Counted from the stretch's first letter, positions 1 through 6,510 are shown. The stretch: DNA of 15,738 nucleotides from Abditibacteriaceae bacterium (GCA_031372065.1 JANMKN010000009.1:1-15738); one strand, 5' to 3'. Translations and numbers: made by a program. Notes: generated by a model from the letters alone, not told the origin.

Positions 1-75
1 CGCCAAGCCGATGACTTTGCCTTCGGGCCAGCCGCGCTGTTTGTGATTTTTTCCTGTTATGATTTTTTCGTCCAT
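1..75 (-). CDS. 5' end of a gene running off the window; probable RtcB-family RNA ligase (tentative)
   Basis: ATG at 75-73, frame open to the window edge: MDEKIITGKNHKQRGWPEGKVIGLA. From memory this resembles the N-terminal extension of Deinococcus/Bacteroidetes-type RtcB (xGKxxxxxGx(P)EGKxxGLA). Only 25 aa are visible and the RBS is weak (AGG at 82-80). Confidence 0.45.
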   Translation of the reverse strand, partial: MDEKIITGKNHKQRGWPEGKVIGLA

Positions 76-87
76 AAAACCTAAATC

Positions 88-130
88 AAAAAAAAAAAGG
101 CGGGGGTGTCTAAAAAGCGACACCCGCGCC
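88..130 (-). terminator. Intrinsic terminator (attenuator) upstream of the partial gene
   Basis: On the minus strand GGCGCGGGTGTC (130-119), an 8-nt loop and GACACCCCCGCC (110-99) give 11/12 bp, followed by 11 U (98-88). It ends 12 nt before the ATG at 75. Confidence 0.85.
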
Positions 131-133
131 GGA

Positions 134-149
134 ACAGCTATAAAGCTGT
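134..149. other. Small hairpin between the leader stop codon and the terminator
   Basis: Perfect 6-bp inverted repeat ACAGCT-ataa-AGCTGT. Confidence 0.4.
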
Positions 150-153
150 CAGG

Positions 154-300
154 TCATAGCCCGAAAATGGTATGATTTACACGATTTGGGGCCAGTTGGC
201 AGGTTTGGTGTCGCGCTCTTTGCGTTGAACGCCGAGCGAGCCGATGATTTATGCAATAAATGCAAGAGTGCGTCTGGTTGTCAGTCCGATGAGTTTTCAT
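154..300 (-). CDS. Putative leader peptide (uORF), 48 aa
   Basis: AGAGGAGGTT (315-306) then CGCGC then ATG at 300, with TGA at 156-154. Translation: MKTHRTDNQTHSCIYCINHRLARRSTQRARHQTCQLAPNRVNHTIFGL. It lies between the promoter and the terminator and is not in the supplied ORF track. Confidence 0.7.
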   Translation of the reverse strand: MKTHRTDNQTHSCIYCINHRLARRSTQRARHQTCQLAPNRVNHTIFGL

Positions 301-338
301 GCGCGAACCTCCTCTGAATTGGGCCGTCTCGTGCGGCG

Positions 339-381
339 AATTGAAACTATACCGTGCGGTTTCAATTTTGTCAACAAAATT
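339..381. promoter_or_regulatory. Two palindromes overlapping the promoter (candidate operators)
   Basis: AATTGAAAC-N11-GTTTCAATT (339-367, perfect 9 bp) and AATTTTG-tcaa-CAAAATT (364-381, perfect 7 bp, around the -35 box). Confidence 0.5.
346..374 (-). promoter_or_regulatory. Sigma70-type promoter driving the leader and the downstream gene
   Basis: -35 TTGACA (374-369), 17-bp spacer, -10 TATAGT (351-346). Predicted start near 340, about 25 nt before the leader SD. Confidence 0.8.
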
Positions 382-400
382 TATAACAGAACTTTGTGAA

Positions 401-449
401 GTTGAGAGTTTTGAGTTAGGAGTTGGCGCAAAACCCCTAACTCAAAACT
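401..449. repeat. Heptamer-derived inverted repeat upstream of the CARF gene
   Basis: Degenerate 7-mers GTTGAGA/GTTTTGA/GTTAGGA. Perfect 14-bp inverted repeat AGTTTTGAGTTAGG (407-420) / CCTAACTCAAAACT (436-449), ending 6 nt before the ATG at 456. Confidence 0.75.
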
Positions 450-455
450 GTTTTT

Positions 456-890
456 ATGATTGTGCTTTTTTCGCCGTTGGGTTTGTCCTACGGCACGCTT
501 TATTCGGCAATTCTTTCGGTGCGCCCGCAACGCGTGGTGGTGATTACCTCGCCGCAGGCGGCCAATCTGCTGCATTCGGCGGTGGACGCGGCGCGCTTTT
601 TTTATAGCGGATTCGCTGTGGAAACGCACATTTTGAGTGACCCCTTTGCGGGCTTTAGTGAAGGTCGCGCCTTGGCGCCCGACTTGGCCCTGCGCGCTGG
701 TGAAATCAATGTGGTCAATCTCACTGGCGGCACCACTGTTTTGCAGGATTGCGCCCGTTCCATTGCCGATATTTTGCGCGAGGCCAACAAAAATGTGCAG
801 GAAGTTGCCGTTGTGGATGGCCGCGATAGCGATGAACAGGCACGTCAGCCACTGGTGTTGCGCCATCTGGTTGAAGTGCCTGCTCTTTGA
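456..890 (+). CDS. Stand-alone CARF (CRISPR-associated Rossmann fold)-like protein, possible ring nuclease or nucleotide sensor
   Basis: 144 aa. It has the N-terminal strand-loop LFSPLGLSYG (CARF motif I), a second strand RVVVITS, and VVNLTGGTT matching the CARF [D/N]xTGG motif II. No effector or HTH domain is attached. Confidence 0.7.
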   Translation: MIVLFSPLGLSYGTLYSAILSVRPQRVVVITSPQAANLLHSAVDAARFFYSGFAVETHILSDPFAGFSEGRALAPDLALRAGEINVVNLTGGTTVLQDCARSIADILREANKNVQEVAVVDGRDSDEQARQPLVLRHLVEVPAL

Positions 891-1055
891 AACGCTTTTA
901 GAAACGCGCTTGGGAACGGCATAAAATGTTTGCAGTCTGTCTTTGGGTTTTGAAATATGTAGTTTGCCCGCGCTTGATTTTGACAGCGCGTTAAACTGCT
1001 TTGCATACGAGTTGTTTTGTAGTTTGAAGTGATTGGTTGACGAAGGAGAACCACT

Positions 1056-3641
1056 ATGTGGCAACGATTTACCGAACGGGCGCGGCGGGTGATTTTGCTG
1101 GGGCAGGAAGAAGCCGGCAAGATGAATTCCAGCCACGTCGGGACGGAGCATTTGTTATTGGGTCTGGTGCGAGAAAACGAAGGCGTGGCCGCGCAGGTGC
1201 TCACCAAAATGGGCGTTTCGCTGCAACGCGTTCGCGAAGAGATCGAAGACGAAATTGATCACACCGACGAACCAGCCGGCAGTGAACCGAAACTCACGCC
1301 GCGCGCCAAGCGCGTGCTGGAACTGGCCGCTGATGAAGCGCGACGGATGCGACACAATTACATCGGCACCGAGCATCTGCTTTTGGCATTGCTGCGCGAA
1401 AAAGATGGCGTCGCCGCCAATGTTTTGCGCAAAATGGGCCTGAATTTGGAAAAAGCGCGCCATCAAGTGATGGAATATCTCGGCCCCGAATCGCCGCAGG
1501 CTGAAAAAGCGGGCAGTGATCGGGAAAAAGAGCGCGAACGCGGCACTGGCGGGCCGGGTGGACGCGGCGCACGTTCGCAAACACCCGCGCTTGACCAGTT
1601 TGGTCGCGACATTAATCAATTGGCGCTCGACGGCAAACTTGATCCGGTCATTGGAAGACAAGCGCAAATTGAGCGCACCATCCAGATTCTTTGCCGCCGC
1701 ACCAAAAACAATCCCGTTTTGGTCGGCGAACCCGGTGTCGGCAAAACTGCCATTGTCGAAGGCCTCGCGCAGCGCATCGTGGCGCATGATGTGCCCGAAC
1801 CGCTGATTGACAAAAAAATCATCGCGCTTGACCTTGCTACCGTTGTGGCGGGCACCAAATATCGCGGCGAATTTGAAGAGCGCATGAAGCGTATCATGCA
1901 CGAAATTCGCAACAGCAACGGCAAAATTATCGTGTTCATTGACGAATTGCACACGATTATCGGCGCTGGTGCTGCCGAAGGCGCCATTGATGCCTCGAAT
2001 ATGCTGAAACCGGCCTTGGCGCGCGGCGAAATGCGTTGCATCGGCGCGACCACGCTCGATGAATATCGCAAATACCTCGAAAAATCCGGCGCGCTCGAAC
2101 GGCGTTTTCAGATGGTTTTGGTGCCCGAACCAAATGCCGAAGATGCGCTTGAAATCATGAAGGGCCTGCGCCCGCGCTATGAAGAATTTCATGGCGTGAA
2201 AATTACCGACGAAGCGTTGAACGAAGCCGTAGATTTGTCGCAGCGTTACATCAATTCGCGCCAATTGCCCGACAAAGCCATTGACCTCATTGACGAAGCC
2301 GGAAGCCGCGTGAAACTGCGCGTCGCTTTGCCGCCGCGCGAACTGCGCGAGTTGCAAAAGCAACTGGACGAACTCAATTTGGAAAAAGAAGCCGCCGTCA
2401 ACAACGACGAATACGAAAAAGCCGCCGAACTGCGTGACCGCGCGCAAGAACTCGAAAAGAAGCTCGAAAACGCGCAGGAAACGTGGCAAAGCCAGCGCAG
2501 CGAAACCGACGAGCAACCAACTGTCACCGAAGATGACATCGCGCAAATCGTCAGCGATTGGACGGGCGTGCCGGTGCGCCGCTTGACCGAAGCCGAAACC
2601 GCCAAACTGCTGCGCATGGAAGACGAGTTGCACCATCGCGTCATCGGTCAGGAAGAAGCGATCAAAATCGTTTCCAAAGCCGTGCGGCGTGGGCGCGCGG
2701 GCCTCAAAGACCCGAAACGTCCCACCGGCGTGTTCATGTTCGTTGGCCCGACCGGTGTCGGCAAAACCGAACTGGCGCGCGCTTTGGCCGAGTTTATGTT
2801 CGACGACGAATCGGCTCTCATTCGCCTCGACATGAGTGAGTATTCGGAACACTTCAACGTGTCACGGATGCTGGGTTCACCTCCCGGTTATGTCGGCTAC
2901 GATGAAGGCGGGCAATTGACCGAATCGGTGCGGCGCCGTCCGTATTCGATTGTGCTGTTTGACGAAATCGAAAAGGCGCACCCGGAGATTTTCAATACGC
3001 TGTTGCAAATCTTCGACGATGGCCGCCTGACCGATGCGCAGGGCCGCATTGTGGACTTCAAAAACACGATTATCATCATGACGAGCAACGTCGGCACATC
3101 GGGCCTCGATAAAAGCCTTGGTTTGCGCGACCTCTCCACCAGCGGCCAAAGTGCTGATGCGGCTTACAACACCATGAAAAGTCGCGTGATGGAAGCGTAT
3201 TCGCGGATGTTCCGTCCCGAATTCCGCAACCGTTTGGACGAGGTGATTGTGTTCCATCACCTGACGCACGCGGAAATTTTGCAGATCGTGGATTTGATGT
3301 CGAAGCGTGTGGAAAACGAATTGGCGCGGCGCGAAATGAAGTTGGAATTTCTGCAAGGCGCCAAAGAGTTGCTCGCCAAAGAAGGCTACGACCGGCAGTT
3401 CGGTGCGCGTCCGCTCCGTCGCGCCGTGCAGCGCCTCATCGAAGACCCTCTCGCCGAGCGCATCCTGATGGGCGACTTTAAAGCGGGCGATACCATTTAC
3501 GTGGACGCCCAAAACGGCGAAACCGTCTTCACCACCGAGTTGCCGACGCCGCTCGATGAAGTTCTCGAACCCATCGGCGAACCCGCAGGTGATGTGTCGG
3601 ACGACGACGAAGAACGCCTCTCGGCCATGATGGACGAGTAA
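1056..3641 (+). CDS. clpC: ATP-dependent Clp protease ATP-binding subunit ClpC
   Basis: 861 aa, RBS AAGGAG at 1043-1048. Two Clp_N repeats ([18 protein letters not shown]), Walker A GEPGVGKT and GPTGVGKT, Walker B VFIDE and VLFDE, a short UVR-type middle domain ([11 protein letters not shown]), pore loops KYRG and GYVG, and an LGL ClpP-docking-like loop. Confidence 0.96.
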   Translation: MWQRFTERARRVILLGQEEAGKMNSSHVGTEHLLLGLVRENEGVAAQVLTKMGVSLQRVREEIEDEIDHTDEPAGSEPKLTPRAKRVLELAADEARRMRHNYIGTEHLLLALLREKDGVAANVLRKMGLNLEKARHQVMEYLGPESPQAEKAGSDREKERERGTGGPGGRGARSQTPALDQFGRDINQLALDGKLDPVIGRQAQIERTIQILCRRTKNNPVLVGEPGVGKTAIVEGLAQRIVAHDVPEPLIDKKIIALDLATVVAGTKYRGEFEERMKRIMHEIRNSNGKIIVFIDELHTIIGAGAAEGAIDASNMLKPALARGEMRCIGATTLDEYRKYLEKSGALERRFQMVLVPEPNAEDALEIMKGLRPRYEEFHGVKITDEALNEAVDLSQRYINSRQLPDKAIDLIDEAGSRVKLRVALPPRELRELQKQLDELNLEKEAAVNNDEYEKAAELRDRAQELEKKLENAQETWQSQRSETDEQPTVTEDDIAQIVSDWTGVPVRRLTEAETAKLLRMEDELHHRVIGQEEAIKIVSKAVRRGRAGLKDPKRPTGVFMFVGPTGVGKTELARALAEFMFDDESALIRLDMSEYSEHFNVSRMLGSPPGYVGYDEGGQLTESVRRRPYSIVLFDEIEKAHPEIFNTLLQIFDDGRLTDAQGRIVDFKNTIIIMTSNVGTSGLDKSLGLRDLSTSGQSADAAYNTMKSRVMEAYSRMFRPEFRNRLDEVIVFHHLTHAEILQIVDLMSKRVENELARREMKLEFLQGAKELLAKEGYDRQFGARPLRRAVQRLIEDPLAERILMGDFKAGDTIYVDAQNGETVFTTELPTPLDEVLEPIGEPAGDVSDDDEERLSAMMDE

Positions 3642-3643
3642 GG

Positions 3644-3678
3644 CGAATGCGGAGTGCGGAAGTCGGAGTGTGGAATGT
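3644..3678 (+). repeat. Degenerate heptamer tandem repeat (GGAATGC family, 5 units)
   Basis: CGAATGC GGAGTGC GGAAGTC GGAGTGT GGAATGT lies just after the clpC stop codon. Confidence 0.75.
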
Positions 3679-3679
3679 A

Positions 3680-3714
3680 AAAACGGCGGGCGATTGAAAA
3701 TCGCCCGCCGTTTT
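3680..3714. terminator. Bidirectional intrinsic terminator
   Basis: Perfect 16-bp inverted repeat AAAACGGCGGGCGATT-gaa-AATCGCCCGCCGTTTT between convergent genes, with A and T runs at the two ends. Confidence 0.85.
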
Positions 3715-4333
3715 ATTCTCCGTTATAGGGTTCGTTTACATCATAAGCAATAGACCAAAGTTTCCCGTTGTGGAACTCATAGTCGGCCTCGTATTCCCAT
3801 TTAACCCAATAAAACGTATTACGCTTACCGTCCCATTTTGTCAAACGCAACAAAATAGGAGCGCGATAAATATAAGTGCGAATTTTGGTTTTACGGTTGT
3901 AATTATCTTCTTGTGGCATTGTGCCAAGTTTGCTTACAACTTTTTGCGGACTGTCCCCGATATTAACGCCGGTTCCGTTTGTCAAGCGGGGCAATTGCGC
4001 CTTTTGAACAGGCTCGTCGTCGATTCCCTCACCGTAAACCAGCCGCTTGCTATTGGGACTCAATGTCAAAGACAACGAAGAAATCTTGCCTGCCCCGTCA
4101 TCGGCCAGTTCAAGATAGTAGTGTGATTTCGGGTCGTATTTTATCCAACGCTTCTGGCGGAAATTAACGGTTTCGCTGGTTTGTAGAGAAGGATTGATTC
4201 GGCTACCTGCCAACTCAATGCGCACGAAGCGATCTGAAAAACGCACATCAGGATAGGACTTGGTGGTCGTATCGGAGTAGCCCATGAGCGTTGTGCCCAA
4301 TAACAACAAATTCAGAAGGCAGAATTTTTTCAT
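3713..4333 (-). CDS. Secreted hypothetical protein
   Basis: 206-aa ORF with an N-terminal signal peptide-like segment (MKKFCLLNLLLLGTTLMG). Visibly more A/T-rich than clpC. No family recognised. Confidence 0.7.
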   Translation of the reverse strand: MKKFCLLNLLLLGTTLMGYSDTTTKSYPDVRFSDRFVRIELAGSRINPSLQTSETVNFRQKRWIKYDPKSHYYLELADDGAGKISSLSLTLSPNSKRLVYGEGIDDEPVQKAQLPRLTNGTGVNIGDSPQKVVSKLGTMPQEDNYNRKTKIRTYIYRAPILLRLTKWDGKRNTFYWVKWEYEADYEFHNGKLWSIAYDVNEPYNGE

Positions 4334-4363
4334 AGGAAAAGTTTAGCAACCTCGCGCAAAACA

Positions 4364-4645
4364 TCACAAAATTCCCGTTTCAATCTCCTCCAAATAGAGA
4401 AAAGTGGGCGCTTTGACGCCCGCTTGTTGGCGGATTTCGACGAGGCGCGGCGACTCGAAAAAGGCTTTGGCGTCTTGCAGTGATGTCCACTGCGAGAAAT
4501 GCACGAGATTGTTGGCTTCGGCGTCGAAACGCAGCAGTTGATAGCTGATTTCTCCGGCGTCTTTGCGGATTCCGGCGGCCTTGTCGAAAACGCTTTTCCA
4601 TGCGGCGTAATCTTCGACTTCGTGGATAATCAAGACAAAAGGCAT
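4364..4645 (-). CDS. Antibiotic biosynthesis monooxygenase (ABM)/dimeric alpha-beta barrel family protein
   Basis: 93 aa from MPFVLIIHEVEDYAAWKSVFD to WTSLQDAKAFFESP...AGV, a typical pattern for this small ferredoxin-like family. Start moved to ATG 4645, which has an AAGGA RBS. The longer track ORF runs through repeat DNA. Confidence 0.8.
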   Translation of the reverse strand: MPFVLIIHEVEDYAAWKSVFDKAAGIRKDAGEISYQLLRFDAEANNLVHFSQWTSLQDAKAFFESPRLVEIRQQAGVKAPTFLYLEEIETGIL

Positions 4646-4680
4646 AATTTCCTTGGCGTTTTGCGGTTTGGTTTGATTGC

Positions 4681-4719
4681 GGACACGCACCACCCACCGG
4701 GTTCCCGGCGTGTCCCTAC
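4681..4719 (-). repeat. GTAG-family REP-like palindrome (single copy)
   Basis: Minus strand begins GTAGGGACACGC and ends GCGTGTCC. The 8-bp stem pairs 4708-4715 with 4681-4688 and follows a GTAG tetranucleotide. Confidence 0.5.
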
Positions 4720-4736
4720 AGCGTTGCGCGCAACTC

Positions 4737-4826
4737 ATTCTACCGTTTGCCCGACTGATTCTATCGTAGAATGAGACGATTCTACGACTAAATGGCCTGA
4801 CTCTACCGTAGAATCAGGCCATTTAG
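4737..4826. repeat. 21-bp periodic array with palindromic core ATTCTACnGTAGAAT, ending in a long hairpin
   Basis: Units start at 4737, 4758, 4779 and 4800: ATTCTACCGT, ATTCTATCGTAGAAT, ATTCTACGAC, ACTCTACCGTAGAAT. A perfect 13-bp inverted repeat pairs 4788-4800 with 4814-4826. Confidence 0.75.
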
Positions 4827-4851
4827 CCACTGAAAGTCTTTTGAGCTATGT

Positions 4852-4880
4852 AATATAATAAATACCTACGGCGTTTCCAA
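4852..4880. promoter_or_regulatory. Possible overlapping divergent promoters
   Basis: Plus strand has TATAAT at 4854-4859 with a poor -35. Minus strand has TTGGAA (4880-4875), a 17-bp spacer and TATATT (4857-4852), pointing to the ABM gene. Confidence 0.35.
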
Positions 4881-4916
4881 TTATTACCCCGAACAATTGC
4901 GCGCTTTGCAGGGCTA

Positions 4917-5032
4917 TTTGGAAGCGCCAACCCGCCCACATTTACGAAGCCGCCGGAGCCGCGAATTTACGTCTTGAACGCGAAGATTGGTATGCCTTGT
5001 GGACTGCTGCGTGGGGACGGAAAGTGCCCTAA
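4917..5032 (+). pseudogene. C-terminal remnant of an aldo/keto reductase (YdhF-like)
   Basis: Reads FGSAN(P), then an apparent 1-nt deletion near 4931-4933, then AHIYEAAGAANLRLEREDWYALWTAAWGRKVP*. This matches the characteristic AKR C-terminus (GxxNPxxIxEAxxAxxLxLxRExWYxLWxAAxGxxVP). The rest of the gene is absent. Confidence 0.65.
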
Positions 5033-5035
5033 CTT

Positions 5036-5082
5036 GGAGTGCGGAATGCGGAATTTCCACTCCACATTCCGCACTCCGCATT
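5036..5082. repeat. Inverted heptamer array (GGAATGC/GCATTCC)
   Basis: Perfect 13-bp inverted repeat GGAGTGCGGAATG (5036-5048) / CATTCCGCACTCC (5065-5077). It fills the spacer between the stop at 5032 and the ATG at 5087. Confidence 0.8.
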
Positions 5083-5086
5083 TGAA

Positions 5087-5761
5087 ATGTCTCCTCAACT
5101 GCAAGAATTAGTTGTCGAACACGCTTTGACCGCGCTGGAAAAGCAAATGCGCTTTGATGCGTGGTTGGGGCGCCACGGCTGGCATTGGGAACGCGAAAGC
5201 GGGCTTTTAACGCTGCGGCGCTTTGAAGAAAACGAATTCGTTTGCGCGACGCAGGCTTTGGGCAGCGTTTCGCGCATGAGCGACACATGGACGTGGATTT
5301 GGGCCAATGATTTAGCCGAAGTTAGTGACGAATTGATGACTTCCGCGCGGCAATTGCGCGCTTTGGGCGAAGAAAATCATGTGCCGGAATTTATAACTGG
5401 CGAATTTCCGCACGCGCAGGTTGATGCGCATTTGCTGTCGCTGGTGGCGATGGGAATTGTAAAGGCCGATGCGTATTTTCGCGGTGCCTATTTGGGTGGC
5501 GAAGGCTTTGTTCTCATCAATCGCGGTGCGTTAGATGCTGTTTTACCGCCGCTGCCCAGAAGCGCCGCACAAGTTTGTAAAATCGTGCGCGAAGTGGACG
5601 CGCTGTGCGAGGATCATCGCCGCGCTGTTACTTTTTATTTGTGCCATCATAATTGGATTGTCGAGGCAGATAACGAAAACCTTACGGCGTGCTATGATAA
5701 AGAAGAAATTCAATTGACTTTTGAAGATAAACGCTTAGTGGCAGTTGGAAACACCTCTTGA
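5087..5761 (+). CDS. Hypothetical protein, DUF6882-like
   Basis: 224 aa from MSPQLQE. The motif W..E...GLLT...QALGSVS..SDTWTWIWAN resembles DUF6882. The track start at 5039 lies inside the heptamer repeat. Confidence 0.6.
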   Translation: MSPQLQELVVEHALTALEKQMRFDAWLGRHGWHWERESGLLTLRRFEENEFVCATQALGSVSRMSDTWTWIWANDLAEVSDELMTSARQLRALGEENHVPEFITGEFPHAQVDAHLLSLVAMGIVKADAYFRGAYLGGEGFVLINRGALDAVLPPLPRSAAQVCKIVREVDALCEDHRRAVTFYLCHHNWIVEADNENLTACYDKEEIQLTFEDKRLVAVGNTS

Positions 5762-5817
5762 AAACAGTGAGGCTTAACCTCCTCGCAAAAAAGAAAACAC
5801 GCTAAAATCTGATTGTT

Positions 5818-6411
5818 ATGAACGAAGAAATACAGGATTTCTCCGCATTGGAAGTGCCCGGCGAGGAAGGCGTTTACTATTGTTGGCGGCATCGCAAAGT
5901 GACAACGCGTTTGCGTTGTGGGCGCTGCGAAAAGCCGATTTGCCCCAAATGCACGCGCATGGGGCCAACCGGCGCGCGCTGCGTTGAATGCGCCTCCAAT
6001 CGGACGCAGCATATTTATAAAGTCGGCATCGGCCATTTGGTGCTGACTTTTTTGGCTTCCTCGATTTTTAGCGTCATTGCGGTGCCGATTATTCAGCGCG
6101 CCGGGCTGTATTTGTTGTTTTTCGCACCCATTATTGGCTCTGTGCTGGGTAAAGGCATTGTGGTCGTCACGCGCGGCAAACGGGGGCCGATGCTGTCATG
6201 GGCGGCGACGCTGGGTGCCATTTTAGGAACGTTGGTTGGGGCCTTTCCACAAATTTTGCAGCTAATACTCTTCTCGCAAATGCAAGGACAATTGCCAGAC
6301 GGAGCAGGCGCGAGCGCCATGCAATATCAAATGTCCATGATAGCCGACTTAGGCTACGCTTTGATTTATTTAGTAATCGTCATTCCAGCCCTTTGGTATT
6401 GGATCAAATGA
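5818..6411 (+). CDS. B-box-type zinc finger membrane protein
   Basis: CWRH...CGRC...ICPKC...CVEC Cys/His cluster, followed by about four hydrophobic segments. Confidence 0.8.
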   Translation: MNEEIQDFSALEVPGEEGVYYCWRHRKVTTRLRCGRCEKPICPKCTRMGPTGARCVECASNRTQHIYKVGIGHLVLTFLASSIFSVIAVPIIQRAGLYLLFFAPIIGSVLGKGIVVVTRGKRGPMLSWAATLGAILGTLVGAFPQILQLILFSQMQGQLPDGAGASAMQYQMSMIADLGYALIYLVIVIPALWYWIK

Positions 6412-6508
6412 GTGCGGACTGCGAAATGCGCGGGCGCCCTTTGGGCAGGATGGAATTTTGCACTCCGCATTCCGCATTCCGCATTCCGCATTCCACATTC
6501 TGCACTCG
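6409..6508. repeat. Inverted heptamer array (GGAATGC/GCATTCC)
   Basis: TGAGTGC GGACTGC GAAATGC starts at the stop codon. A central GCCC-ttt-GGGC follows, then 7 GCATTCC-type units (6460-6508) ending 2 nt before the ATG at 6511. Confidence 0.85.
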
Positions 6509-6510
6509 AA

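Noticed and set aside
88..340. Y RNA or tRNA-like RNA upstream of the RtcB-like gene
   Set aside because: I could not identify a cloverleaf or a Ro-binding stem. The SD, ORF and terminator explain the region better. An Rfam/Infernal search would settle it.
339..367. ATTGAAAC/GTTTCAAT, resembling CRISPR repeat ends, next to a CARF gene
   Set aside because: It is a single copy, the halves are in the opposite order to a typical repeat, and there is no repeat-spacer periodicity.
961..1010. clpC promoter or CtsR/CIRCE operator
   Set aside because: TTGACA at 980-985 has no good -10 at 16-18 bp, and there is no canonical heptad repeat or CIRCE match.
299..1151. Track ORFs 299-607 (+) and 381-1151 (-)
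   Set aside because: They overlap the promoter, the CARF gene and clpC, and show no recognisable motifs.
1155..3512. Long antisense ORFs (565 aa and 211 aa) inside clpC
   Set aside because: These are shadow frames expected from biased codon usage opposite a conserved gene.
4737..4826. Possible mini CRISPR array (TCTAC/GTAGA stem as in Cas12a repeats)
   Set aside because: The 21-bp period leaves about 6 nt between cores, too short for spacers. The units are degenerate and no cas genes are present.
6412..6510. N-terminal extensions of track ORFs (6412 rhomboid; likewise 5039, 4738 and 12589)
   Set aside because: They translate repeat DNA (for example RIPHSAF) or overlap the upstream gene. 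Family-typical starts lie downstream.
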